DNA of 64,000 nt from Thermodesulfobacteriota bacterium (lineage in GTDB: Bacteria; Desulfobacterota_D; UBA1144; Nemesobacterales; Nemesobacteraceae), in NCBI GenBank assembly GCA_965204795.1, contig OZ242012.1, positions 355,861 to 419,860 of the forward strand, read 5' to 3'. Positions 26,777 to 39,011 of this stretch are shown one piece after another. Position 1 is the first letter of the stretch. Each line of letters starts with the position of its first letter. Under the pieces are notes generated by a model. That model was not told where the DNA came from. It was given only the letters and a program-made list of their open reading frames with translations, and ran no database searches. The position numbers and the translations under genes were made by a program.

Positions 26777-27451
26777 CTACCTGCACCTTCTCTCAATTTC
26801 CCCAATTCTCTCTCTTTCACGCGAGTCGCTTCCGAGTCCCCATATCCTCTTGACCCGTTTCCACGAACGAACGTACTCGCAGTGATAGGTTCGATTCGAC
26901 GGAAGCCATCTCGCGGGATCTTTTGCTCCCTTCGCTCGATTTTCCCTTCTTGAAACGGCGATGAGAGTGTCGGGGTAGGAAAGATCGTTAGCGAAACTCC
27001 GTTTCCTCGCAGTGCTCCAGTACGCTCCGCCGCTTATATGGGCTTCCTTCAGCGGAACGAGATGGTCCACGTCAAGCTCCTTCGGATTTGTAAAAACTTT
27101 TCCGGAGTAAGGGTCCGCCCACTTCCCCGAAACCACCCAGCAGCCGTCGGCGGAAAGAGTAACGGGAACGAGCGATTCCTCTATAAGCACCTCGTGCCGC
27201 GTGTTCTGGCAGTCCCCGTCGGCGTCTCCCCATCTCGGAAGCCATTCCTTCCGGTTGTACCTGGAACCTCCGTAGGATTTCTTCCGGTTCTCGGCTTCGG
27301 GACCCCGGTGGCAGTGACGCTCCCCGGTTTTCCTGTCGGCGTGACATCCCCGCTTGTCCAGCCCTCCGCCGTGCCCAAAAGCGGAAGAACTCCAGAACAG
27401 GAGGGCGCAGAGCGCCGCGAGCGGAATAACCAGGCTTCTATTGTTCGGCAA
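26777..27451 (-). CDS. Secreted HNH (DUF1524-type) endonuclease with an N-terminal YHYH-like His motif
   Basis: Signal peptide, HGGGLDKRGCH...HCH, then TRHEVL, LDVDHLVPLKEAH.SG, FANDL, NRAKGAKDPARWLP and CEYVRSW. Confidence 0.8.
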   Translation of the reverse strand: MPNNRSLVIPLAALCALLFWSSSAFGHGGGLDKRGCHADRKTGERHCHRGPEAENRKKSYGGSRYNRKEWLPRWGDADGDCQNTRHEVLIEESLVPVTLSADGCWVVSGKWADPYSGKVFTNPKELDVDHLVPLKEAHISGGAYWSTARKRSFANDLSYPDTLIAVSRRENRAKGAKDPARWLPSNRTYHCEYVRSWKRVKRIWGLGSDSRERERIGEIERRCR

Positions 27452-27460
27452 CCGCCCGTC

Positions 27461-29170
27461 CTACCTCTTCGGCTTGTAGCCGGCCTTCACCATGTCCCAG
27501 GTGTCCTTCGTCACGCCCTGTTCCCGAAGCTTGTTCTTCTGGGTCCTCTGGGTGCCGGTCTTTGGAAACGAATCCACGAACCTTATGAACCTGGGGATCA
27601 TGAAGTAGGGCATCCGGGGTTCCAGATAGGCGAGCAGCTTTTCGGGTTCTACCTTTTTTCCCGTCTCCGCTATCACCAGCACCATGAGCTCGTCCTCGGC
27701 GTATTTTCCCGCCTCGGACTTCACTCCTATGGCCGCCGATTCCTTAACGTCCGGGTGGGAATTCACGATCTTCTCGACCTCGAACGAGCTTATGTTCTCC
27801 CCCCGCCTCCTTATGTAGTCCTTCACCCTGTCGACGAAGTATATGTACCCGTCCTTGTCCATCCTTCCCGCGTCGCCCGTGTGAAACCAGAAGTTCCGGA
27901 AATCCTCGACGGTCTTCTCCGGCATCTTGTGGTAGTAGTGAAGCATCACGTTCGGTATCCTCGGGCGAACTATTATCTCCCCTATCTCGCCCCTCGGAAC
28001 CTCCTCGTCGGTTTCCGGATTGGCTATCTTTATCTCGTAGTTCGGAGCCTCCTTTCCGCAGGAGCCGACGCGGAAGGGCTCCCCGGGCCTCATCCACGTG
28101 CACTGGCCTATTTCCGTGAGGCCGTAGCCCTCCATGAACTTTATCCCGAACCGCTCCATGAACTCCTCTATCATGTCGTGGGGGGCGGGGGAGCCCAGCA
28201 CGAGCTTAACGCCGTGGGCATTCTCCTCCGGCGCGGGAGGCGTGTTCCAGAGAAAGTACGCCATCGTTCCCACTATGTTGAACTTGGTGACCCCGTGGTC
28301 GACTATCCATTTCCAGAAGTTGCTCGAGCTGTACTTCTCCTCCACCACGGCCCTGGCCCCCTTTATGAGGGCGGGGTAGACGGTCATCACCATGGCGTTC
28401 GAGTGAAAAAGGGGAAGGCAGGTGAAGCACACGTCGTTCTCCCCCACGTCCATTATCTCCGCGTAGTTCCGCGCACTGCTGTAGTCGGCCGCAGAAGGTC
28501 TCATCACTCCCTTGGACCTGCCCGTGGTCCCCGACGTGTACATGAGCCTCGCGTAGTCCATGAACGTTATCTCGACCTCGGGCTCCTTCGCCGAACCCGA
28601 CTCGAGAAACTCCGCGTAGGAGATCATCTTGCGAAACCTGTAGCCGTGTCTTTTGAACTTGCGCTCCCCGCTTCTGGTCCACACCACGACGCGGCGAAGC
28701 TTCGGCAGGTTCTTCGCTATGGGAGGCATCCTGTCCAGGTACTCCTCGGCTATGAACAGCACTTCCGAGTCCGAGCTGTCTATTATGTACTCTAGGAAAT
28801 CCATCTTGTAGGCGGTGTTCACGGGAACCATCACCGCCCCGGCCTTGAGGATTCCGAACCACGTTATCACGTAGTCGTCGGAATTGGGCATGTAGACTGC
28901 CACCTTGTCCGCCTTTTCGACTCCCATGCCGCGCAGGGCGTTGGCCGCCCTGTTCGCCAGCCTGTTGGTCTGGTAAAAGCTCAGGGGCTTTCGGTAGCCG
29001 AACTGGAGAAAGGGCTTTTTGCCGTACCTGGCCGCCTGCTCGCGAAGCACCGTCGGAAGAACCCAGCCCGTCCGCTCCTCCTTGAGGTACCAGTCGACGT
29101 CGAACTTTCCGTTCTCCCGCCTGTAGGCGACCGGGTGTCTCAGGTCCTTCGGTCTTTTCCTCTTCGCCAT
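27461..29170 (-). CDS. AMP-binding acyl-CoA ligase (CaiC-like)
   Basis: YTSGTTGRSKGV, EGYGLTE, FHTGD, FVDRVKDYIRRRGENISS and PKTGTQRTQK. Confidence 0.88.
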   Translation of the reverse strand: MAKRKRPKDLRHPVAYRRENGKFDVDWYLKEERTGWVLPTVLREQAARYGKKPFLQFGYRKPLSFYQTNRLANRAANALRGMGVEKADKVAVYMPNSDDYVITWFGILKAGAVMVPVNTAYKMDFLEYIIDSSDSEVLFIAEEYLDRMPPIAKNLPKLRRVVVWTRSGERKFKRHGYRFRKMISYAEFLESGSAKEPEVEITFMDYARLMYTSGTTGRSKGVMRPSAADYSSARNYAEIMDVGENDVCFTCLPLFHSNAMVMTVYPALIKGARAVVEEKYSSSNFWKWIVDHGVTKFNIVGTMAYFLWNTPPAPEENAHGVKLVLGSPAPHDMIEEFMERFGIKFMEGYGLTEIGQCTWMRPGEPFRVGSCGKEAPNYEIKIANPETDEEVPRGEIGEIIVRPRIPNVMLHYYHKMPEKTVEDFRNFWFHTGDAGRMDKDGYIYFVDRVKDYIRRRGENISSFEVEKIVNSHPDVKESAAIGVKSEAGKYAEDELMVLVIAETGKKVEPEKLLAYLEPRMPYFMIPRFIRFVDSFPKTGTQRTQKNKLREQGVTKDTWDMVKAGYKPKR

Positions 29171-29242
29171 CTTCCTTTCTCCTCCTTCCTGTCTTCTCGC
29201 GCCCCGCGCGGGACGTTTCCGCTCACGGGGTCAGGTCTTGCG

Positions 29243-30007
29243 TCACTCGAACGTCCCGTCCTCCGCCTCCCCCGCGTCGGGCCTTTTCTTCGCAAACGCC
29301 CAGGCTATCAATATTCCCAGTTCGTAGAAAATGAAAAGGGGAACCAGCATGAACATCATGGACACGGCGTCGGTTGTGGGGGTGATGAAGGCAGCCAGCA
29401 CGGAGCAGAGAAGCACGGCGTACCTTCTCTGCCGGGCGAGAAATCCCGACGTAACCAGCCCCAGCCTCGCGAGTATGAATATCACCAGCGGAAACTCGAA
29501 CACGAGCCCGAACCCTAGCATGAGGGCCGTCAGGAACGAAAACGCCTCCCGCACGCTGGGAAGGGCCTGCACGTACTGCGTGGTGTACTCCCCCAGCAGG
29601 AAGCGAAGTCCCTGGGGAGCGGCGACCAGGTAGCAGAACGCCGCCCCGGCTAGAAAAAACAGCGTCCCGAAGACCACCAGCGGCACCACCACCCTGCGCT
29701 CCTTTCTGTACAGAGCGGGGGAGACGAACTGCCACGCGTTGTAGAGAACGAACGGAAAGGAAAGGCAGAACGACGCGAAAAGCGACACCTTGAGGTAGAC
29801 CAGGAACCCTTCGGCCGGGCGGGTGAATATGAGCGAGCTTCCCTCGGGCAGGCTCCTTATCACCGGTCCCATCAGCAGGTCGAATATCCGCCCGGAGAAA
29901 AGGTAGCAGGGCACGAAAAACGCCGCCACGGGCAGAAGCGAGTATATGATCCTTTTTCGAAGCTCCTCGGCGTGCTCGAGAAACCTCATTCCCGTTTCCT
30001 CTTTCAT
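29243..30007 (-). CDS. tatC: Twin-arginine translocase subunit TatC
   Basis: FLEHAEELRKRI, QFVSPALYRKE, FGLVFEFP and AAFITPTTDAVSM. Confidence 0.95.
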   Translation of the reverse strand: MKEETGMRFLEHAEELRKRIIYSLLPVAAFFVPCYLFSGRIFDLLMGPVIRSLPEGSSLIFTRPAEGFLVYLKVSLFASFCLSFPFVLYNAWQFVSPALYRKERRVVVPLVVFGTLFFLAGAAFCYLVAAPQGLRFLLGEYTTQYVQALPSVREAFSFLTALMLGFGLVFEFPLVIFILARLGLVTSGFLARQRRYAVLLCSVLAAFITPTTDAVSMMFMLVPLFIFYELGILIAWAFAKKRPDAGEAEDGTFE

Positions 30008-30093
30008 TACGGCAGGTTAGATTAACCCAAATCGCCGTCTTTAACAATCCGCCCGCCCGGGACCCCCGCCCCCGCCCCGCGGGGCGGGAGCGA

Positions 30094-30122
30094 TTGACAT
30101 TGCGCCCCTATTGACCTATTAT
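30094..30122 (+). promoter_or_regulatory. Sigma70-type promoter of serA-hisZ-purA
   Basis: TTGACA (30094-30099), 17 nt spacer, TATTAT (30117-30122). GGAGG RBS at 30151. Confidence 0.7.
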
Positions 30123-30161
30123 CTTATCCCGTTTGAATTCCGCACCCGCCGGAGGAATCTC

Positions 30162-31752
30162 TTGAAAATACTGGTGACCGACGGACTCGCCAAGCAGGGT
30201 CTCGAGCTTCTCGTGTCCGCCGAGGGAATCGAGGTGGACGAACGAAAGGGCGTCTCCCCCGAGGAGCTTCTCGAAATAATAGGCGGCTACGAGGGACTGA
30301 TCGTGAGAAGCGCGACGAAGGTCACGGCCAAGGTCATAGAGGCCGCGGGGGGGAGTCTCCGCGTGATAGGCCGCGCGGGCATAGGAATCGACAACATAGA
30401 CGTGGAGGCCGCGACGAAAAACGGCGTGGCGGTCATGAACACCCCGGAGTCTAACTCCGTCACCACCGCCGAGCACACCATAACCCTGCTGCTCTCGCTC
30501 GCCAGGAGGGTTCCCCAGGCCCACGCGTCGGTGAGGGCCGGAAAGTGGGAGAGGGGCAGGTACAAGGGAGTCGAGGTCTTCGGAAAGACCATAGGGCTCG
30601 TCGGCCTCGGGAACATAGGAAAGCTCGTGGCCGAGAGGGCCAGGGGACTTCGGATGAAGGCCGTGGCGTACGACCCGTATCTCAGCCGCGATGCGGCGAA
30701 GAAGCTCGGAATAGAGCTCGTTTCCCTCGACGAGCTTTTCTCGCGCTCCGACGTCGTGACCGTGCACACTCCTCTCAATTCCGAGACCGAAAACCTCATA
30801 AACGCCGAATCCTTCGGGAAGATGAAGGAAGGGGTGATAGTGATAAACTGCGCCCGCGGGGGAATAGTGAACGAGGCCGACATGGCCGAGGCCGTCAGAA
30901 GCGGAAAGGTCGGGGGCGCGGCGTTCGACGTGTACACCACCGAGCCCGTGTCTTCGGAAAACCCGCTCGTGTCTCTCGAGGACAACGTGGTGCTCACCCC
31001 GCATCTTGGAGCCTCCACCGAGGAGGCCCAGGTGAAGGTCGGAACGACGATGGCCCAGCAGATAATAGACTTCGCCAGGGACGGCGTCGTGAGAAACGCC
31101 GTCAACATGCCGTCTCTCACCATGGAGCGCCTCGCGGTGATGAAGCCCTATCTTTCCATCTGCGAGAAGGTGGGAAGCCTGCACGGACAGCTCATAAAGG
31201 GCGCGGCGCGGAGAATGGAGATAATCTACGAGGGCGAGGCGGCGGAGATGGAGACGGGGCACATGACCGTCGCGGTGCTCAAGGGCTTCCTCGGCCAGAT
31301 AATGTCGGCGGCCGTCACGTACGTGAACGCCCCCTCGGTGGCCGAGGAGAGAAAGATAAAGGTCGTGGAGTCCGTGTCCCGGGCCCCGGGCCGCTACAGG
31401 AACCTCGTCACCGTGAAGGTTAAGACCCGCGGGGAGACCAGCAGCGTCTCTGGAAGCGTGCTCGGGGAGCGCGACGGGCGGATAGTGAACGTCGACGGGG
31501 TGGACATAGACGTGGTTCCCCAGGGGTTTCTGCTCGTTAGCCACAACTACGACCGCCCGGGATTCATCGGCTCCATGTGCTCGGTTCTCGGAGAAAACGG
31601 CATCAACATAGGGCGCATGCATCTGGGAAGGGAGTCGGTCGGGGGCCAGGCCATAGTGTTCACCAACGTCGACACCGAGGTGGGCCAGGAGGTGATGGAC
31701 GAGATATCGTCCATACCGCACATCATTTCCGTCGCGCAGGTGAGCTTTCCCG

Positions 31753-31760
<8 letters not shown>
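30162..31760 (+). CDS. serA: D-3-phosphoglycerate dehydrogenase
   Basis: IGRAGIGIDNID, GLGNIG, INCARGG, TPHLGAST and a C-terminal ACT domain. TTG start at 30162. Confidence 0.95.
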
Positions 31761-34304
<2,544 letters not shown>

Positions 34305-34355
34305 TCCGGTTCCGTTTCCCCGTCCCCGAAGCGTCCGCGGGACCGCGAAGAGCCT

Positions 34356-34757
34356 TTACTTGACCTCTTTCAGCCTGTCGTCTTCGTCGTAGACCACGAT
34401 GAATCCGTAGCAGCCGTCCTTCATCTTCGCCGCCTTCTTAACGCGGGAGCCGACGACTTTCCACATTCCCCCGGTCGCGATAGACGCTCCGCGTCCGAAC
34501 ACCTTTCCGAGAAGTCCCCTGTGCTTGCACTCCTCGTAGATGTCTATTTCCTCGTAGGAGTACTTCGGCTCCCCGAGCTCCGCCTTGACCGTCTCTCTTG
34601 ACGCTCCTTCTTCGAGAATCTCAAGGTTGGGCTCCTTCTTTCCCCTGACGGCTTCGACCGTACCTTCCTTGACCGTGCTGACCGCGGCGCAGCCGAAAAG
34701 CGCCGCGCACGCGGCGAGACCCGCTATCAGAACGGGCATGCGGGTGAAAAGTCTCAT
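34356..34757 (-). CDS. Hypothetical lipoprotein (possible SmpA/BamE-like segment)
   Basis: AGGAGG RBS, ATG 34757, lipobox LFGC, and GASRETVKAELGEP. Confidence 0.6.
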   Translation of the reverse strand: MRLFTRMPVLIAGLAACAALFGCAAVSTVKEGTVEAVRGKKEPNLEILEEGASRETVKAELGEPKYSYEEIDIYEECKHRGLLGKVFGRGASIATGGMWKVVGSRVKKAAKMKDGCYGFIVVYDEDDRLKEVK

Positions 34758-34890
34758 GTCTGCTGACCTCCTTGACGACCGGGATTTCGACATTATACCG
34801 GAAATCCGCCGTCCGCGGCGCAAGTTCCATGTCCGTCGCCCCTCGCCGTGCGGGCCCGGGCCTTCTCCCGACTCCGGCCGCTGCGCCCCC

Positions 34891-35283
34891 TCAGCGGTCG
34901 GACTTCAGCACCTTTATCTTTTTCGCCGCGAGGGTGGGGTCGAACCTGCTTTCGGACGATACGTAGTTGTTGTCGAAAAGCCCCTCGGCCTCGATTATGT
35001 CCCCTTCGGCGAAAGACGCTTCCCGGCTCCATGTCACCTTTATGTAGTTTCCGTCGCTGTCGGCGAGCTTAAAGGCGGTCGGTTCTCCCGGCTCCTCGGA
35101 AAGCGCCATCTCCCAGACCTTTCCCTTCACGCGCACTTCCTGCATGGAGTAGACGGAAGGGTTCAGCAGCAGAACCGCTATTGACTTGTCGACCGACACT
35201 ATCGAGGTCGACGGGTCCTGCCATTTTCCGCAGGAAGGGGCCAGAAACGCGAGCGCCAGCATAAATGTCGCGATTGTCTTCAT
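34891..35283 (-). CDS. Hypothetical lipoprotein, probable OB fold
   Basis: Lipobox APSC, then VRVKGKV...GDIIEAEG beta-strand pattern. Confidence 0.6.
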   Translation of the reverse strand: MKTIATFMLALAFLAPSCGKWQDPSTSIVSVDKSIAVLLLNPSVYSMQEVRVKGKVWEMALSEEPGEPTAFKLADSDGNYIKVTWSREASFAEGDIIEAEGLFDNNYVSSESRFDPTLAAKKIKVLKSDR

Positions 35284-35317
35284 TGTTTTCTCTCCGGTCG
35301 TTTCGGACCGCCGCGGG

Positions 35318-36301
35318 TCACGTGGCGCGGTCCTTAATTTTTTCGTAAGCGTCTATTATGTTCATCACTAGCGGATGCCTTATGACGTCCGCCCTGGAGA
35401 AGCCGACGAACTCTATTCCCTTTATTCCCCCGAGAATGTCCGCCGCCTCCACGAGTCCCGAGTGCTGCTCCCGGGAGAGGTCTATCTGGGTCACGTCTCC
35501 GGTGACCACGGCCTTCGAGCCGAATCCGAGCCTCGTGAGGAACATCTTCATCTGCGTGGCCGTCGTGTTCTGCGCCTCGTCCAGGATTATGAAGGCGTCG
35601 TTCAGCGTCCTTCCCCTCATGTAGGCCAGGGGCACGATCTCGATCACGTTTCTGTCGAGGAGGCTGTTGGCGCGCTCGAAGTCCATCATGTCGTAGAGGG
35701 CGTCGAAAAGGGGCCGGAGGTAGGGGTTCACCTTCTCCTGGAGGTCTCCGGGAAGAAACCCTAGCTTCTCTCCCGCCTCCACGGCGGGTCTTGTGAGCAC
35801 TATCCTGTTCACCTTCTTGCTCGAGAACGCCGAGACCGCCATCGCCATGGCCAGGTAGGTCTTTCCCGTGCCCGCGGGTCCTATTCCGAACACCATGTCG
35901 TTTCTTCTTATGGCGTCTATGTAGAGCTTCTGGTTTATGGTCTTGGGGCTTATTATCTTCTTTCGCACGGAGATGCAGACGGTGTCGAGGAAAATCTCCT
36001 CGAGCGAGGCGTTTTTCTCCTCCAGGACCCTCTTGGCTATCTTTATGTCCGAGGGGTGGAGAACGTAGCCCTTTTCTATGAGGGAGTACATCTGCCCCAT
36101 GAGCGCGCCTGCCCCGGCGGTCTTTTTCTCCTCTCCCCGGAGGGTGATCTTGTTTCCCCTGGTGTGGATGCTTACGTCGAACTCGCTTTCTATTTCCTTG
36201 AGGTTCGAGTTCAGTTCCCCGTAGAGAACCTTCACGGCCTCTATGTTTTCGAGTTCTAGCTCCCTGACTCCGTCCATGGACGCTTCGGCCGTTTCTCTCA
36301 A
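35318..36301 (-). CDS. phoH: PhoH family ATPase
   Basis: GPAGTGKTYLA, LTRPAVEAGEKLGFLPGD, YMRGRTL and DEAQNTT. Start could be 36277. Confidence 0.93.
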   Translation of the reverse strand: MRETAEASMDGVRELELENIEAVKVLYGELNSNLKEIESEFDVSIHTRGNKITLRGEEKKTAGAGALMGQMYSLIEKGYVLHPSDIKIAKRVLEEKNASLEEIFLDTVCISVRKKIISPKTINQKLYIDAIRRNDMVFGIGPAGTGKTYLAMAMAVSAFSSKKVNRIVLTRPAVEAGEKLGFLPGDLQEKVNPYLRPLFDALYDMMDFERANSLLDRNVIEIVPLAYMRGRTLNDAFIILDEAQNTTATQMKMFLTRLGFGSKAVVTGDVTQIDLSREQHSGLVEAADILGGIKGIEFVGFSRADVIRHPLVMNIIDAYEKIKDRAT

Positions 36302-36591
36302 GGCGCGGCCCTTTCCCCTCCGGAGATTCGGTCGCGGGTTTCGCTTCTTCGCGACGGGCGGATGTAGGTTCGACGGGTCCTGGATGTGCGGAAAGTTCTT
36401 ATGTCGTTTTCACCTGCTCGCGGTCGTGGGGAAATTATAACCAAAATTTTTCCGCGAAAAAATTCTCCGCGGAGAAACGGGCGGTCCGCGCCGCGGCTTT
36501 CGTTTTCAGGGCAAGAGGCATTGAAACTCCGACGCGCGGGAGGAGTGTCCGTGGTTTTTCCCGCCGTCGACAGTCTCTGGAATTGGGTGCT

Positions 36592-36620
36592 TTGACAATT
36601 CAACTTGTGCGCAATATTCT
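36592..36620 (+). promoter_or_regulatory. Sigma70-type promoter upstream of putative small RNA copy 1
   Basis: TTGACA (36592-36597), 17 nt spacer, TATTCT (36615-36620). Confidence 0.7.
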
Positions 36621-36626
36621 TTACGC

Positions 36627-36688
36627 GACTTCCCTGCCACGTGTAGGAGGAGCATTCGAGGTCGTCCAGCGGGCGACCTCCGCTTTTT
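36627..36688 (+). ncRNA. Putative small RNA, copy 1 (unknown family)
   Basis: Starts 6 nt after the -10 box: GACTTCCCTGCCACGTGTAGGAGGAGCATTC, then a terminator hairpin and T5. Near-identical to 41098-41161. Confidence 0.55.
36658..36688 (+). terminator. Intrinsic terminator
   Basis: Stem gaggtcgtcc/gggcgacctc (one G-U pair) followed by cgcTTTTT. Confidence 0.7.
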
Positions 36689-36733
36689 AAAGTCTTTTCG
36701 TTTCTCCCTCGCGAGACATAAGGAACGGACACA

Positions 36734-37000
36734 ATGTCGGAAAAGATAGAGATAGAATTCCGCGAACTCAAAGGCAGATTACCGGAAATACTTGACCGGG
36801 TGCGGGCGGGGGAAGCTTTTACGGTCACCGAGCGCGGAGAACCTGTCGCGGATATTCTGCCCTGCGGGTCGGTATCCGGACAAAAAACCTTGTCCAGACA
36901 GAAAATTGCGGAGGCTATTGCGGACATCAAGGCTGGGATGTCCGAAACGGCCGTCTCCGACGACCGTCTGAAAGAATACAAGGAGTGCGGCCGCAAGTGA
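36734..37000 (+). CDS. Phd/YefM family type II antitoxin (no cognate toxin adjacent)
   Basis: FRELKGRLPEILDRVRAGEAFTVTERGEPVADILP is the Phd/YefM N-terminal pattern. AAGGA RBS upstream. Confidence 0.85.
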   Translation: MSEKIEIEFRELKGRLPEILDRVRAGEAFTVTERGEPVADILPCGSVSGQKTLSRQKIAEAIADIKAGMSETAVSDDRLKEYKECGRK

Positions 37001-37076
37001 CGGTTCCTGAATAATTCCCGGACCTCGGGCTTGGAGTTCTTCCGACCGTCTGTCTGCATGAGATACTTTGAAGGGA

Positions 37077-39011
37077 CTACCGGGTCAGGCCCATTTCCAC
37101 CAGGAATCTGGATGCTTCCTTCGGATAGCCCGAATACCGGCCGGCCCTGCTCAGGATGAGGCGTTCCTTCGCGCGCGTGATGGCGACAAAGCAGTTTCTC
37201 CGCTCCTCTTCCATTTCGGGACTGTCGTCGCCTTTTTTAAGACTTTGGTAAGAAGGCATGATTTCTTCCGCGAGGCCTATGACGTAGACGATGTCGAACT
37301 GCAGTCCTTTGGCGGCGTGGATCGTCATCAGGGTGACCGATTCGGGGTCGGGGGAAGGCTCCTTGGAACGCAGCTGAAGCTGCTGGAGGAACTGGTTCAG
37401 CGGAATTTTCCTGCCGTGAAGTTTTCCGATGTTATGGGTGATTTCCCGCCATGCCGCCATATCTTCCGAAAGGTCGCCGTCGCGACCCGCCCTGCCGTTT
37501 GACAAAAGCGAGTCGAACTTGCCGACAATATCGTTGATCGGTTTTCTCGCGGACGACGAGTTGAGGGAGAGACTCCTGACGGATTCAAGCAGTAAGCTAC
37601 GCGGGAAAGCGCCGTTTCCGCTGTTTGCGTTCTCGGCTTCTCCAATCCATGCGTCAAGATAGCTTTCGCCGCTTATTTCCGCCCGGGAGACGACATGATC
37701 GACATCGACCTTAATCCCGGCGACCCGGTTGTAAGCTTCAACCAGAACTCCCACGTTGTGCCGGTCAAGAGGCCTCAAAGCCTGCGTTATGCAGGCTACC
37801 AGCCATCTGAATTCCGGAGAAAGGAAATCTTCCCTGCGTTGCGAGATGACCGCAGGAACTTTTTGTCTCAAAAGCGCTTCCCTCATGTTTTCGAGCAACG
37901 CGCGGGTTCGCGCTAAAACGGTTATGCAGCTCCATTGACGCGACCCGCAAGCGGCTATCTCTCCAGCTATTTCGTCGGCTTCCTCCTCTTCGGAGACGAA
38001 CTCGCGGACCTGTAAGCGTTCTTCTTTAGGAAACTTGAAATCGGTCTTGCCCGTAGCGAGCGGTTTTTTCTTTTCCGTGCGCTCGACGTTGTAGGCGACG
38101 AGGCGGTTTGCCGCTTCCACTATGATGCCCGGACAGCGATAGTTGGTCGGAAGCTGTATCAGTTCCGGAGAAAAATCCCTGCGCAGGCGCTGAATCTGGC
38201 GGAAACTGGCTCCGTTCCATCGATAGATGATTTGATCGTCGTCGGCGACGGCGAAAACATTTTGGAATTCTTCTCCAGCCATGGTGCGAACGAGCTGATA
38301 CTGTGCTTGGTTGGTGTCCTGAAATTCGTCTATAAGCCAGTAGGGATAGGATACTTGGTAGTGTTCCGCTATGACGGGAAACGTCTTGACGAGCTCATGC
38401 GCTTCGAATATAAGAGAGTTAAAATCTAGGGCGTTTAGCGTTCGAAGCTCTTCTTCGTACATGCGATAGATTTCGGCGGCACGTCTTGGATCAGGCAGAT
38501 TCTTAAATCTTTCTTCAATGTCGTCCGGTTTGATCAGCCGCGCTTTCATTCGGTCGACAAATTTGAGATAACCAGAGTAATCAATGTTTGGAAGCCCGTA
38601 TGAGGAAGACTCTTTTGCCAGAGCGTCTTCAAGCACCGCAAGGCGGTCGTTTTCTCGGGAGTAAATTGTAAAATCGGGTTTGATGCCTATGTGCACTCCA
38701 TGCTGACGGAGAACCTGCGCGCAGAAACTGTGGAAGGTCCCGATAGTGGCGCGTTCTTCAAGCCCGGGAACGAAAGCTGCGACGCGTTCTTTCATTTCAT
38801 CCGCGGCCTTGTTGGTGAAGGTAAGCGCGAGCACCCTGAACTTCTTGCCGCGCGAAGAATCGAGCAGACGCGCGATGCGGCAGGTGAGAACCTGGGTTTT
38901 TCCCGAACCGGGCCCGGCGAGCACAAGCATCGAACCGTCATTCCAGTCCACCGCTCTGCGCTGTATTTTCGAGAGGTCTCCCAGAGCTATATCCAAAGAA
39001 CGGGCGTTCAT
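37077..39011 (-). CDS. UvrD/REP helicase, Gabija GajB-like, pair 1
   Basis: AGPGSGKT, TFTNKAA, IDEFQDTN, PTNYRC, TIHAAKGLQF and EEERRNCFVAITRA. ATGA-coupled to the OLD nuclease. Confidence 0.85.
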   Translation of the reverse strand: MNARSLDIALGDLSKIQRRAVDWNDGSMLVLAGPGSGKTQVLTCRIARLLDSSRGKKFRVLALTFTNKAADEMKERVAAFVPGLEERATIGTFHSFCAQVLRQHGVHIGIKPDFTIYSRENDRLAVLEDALAKESSSYGLPNIDYSGYLKFVDRMKARLIKPDDIEERFKNLPDPRRAAEIYRMYEEELRTLNALDFNSLIFEAHELVKTFPVIAEHYQVSYPYWLIDEFQDTNQAQYQLVRTMAGEEFQNVFAVADDDQIIYRWNGASFRQIQRLRRDFSPELIQLPTNYRCPGIIVEAANRLVAYNVERTEKKKPLATGKTDFKFPKEERLQVREFVSEEEEADEIAGEIAACGSRQWSCITVLARTRALLENMREALLRQKVPAVISQRREDFLSPEFRWLVACITQALRPLDRHNVGVLVEAYNRVAGIKVDVDHVVSRAEISGESYLDAWIGEAENANSGNGAFPRSLLLESVRSLSLNSSSARKPINDIVGKFDSLLSNGRAGRDGDLSEDMAAWREITHNIGKLHGRKIPLNQFLQQLQLRSKEPSPDPESVTLMTIHAAKGLQFDIVYVIGLAEEIMPSYQSLKKGDDSPEMEEERRNCFVAITRAKERLILSRAGRYSGYPKEASRFLVEMGLTR

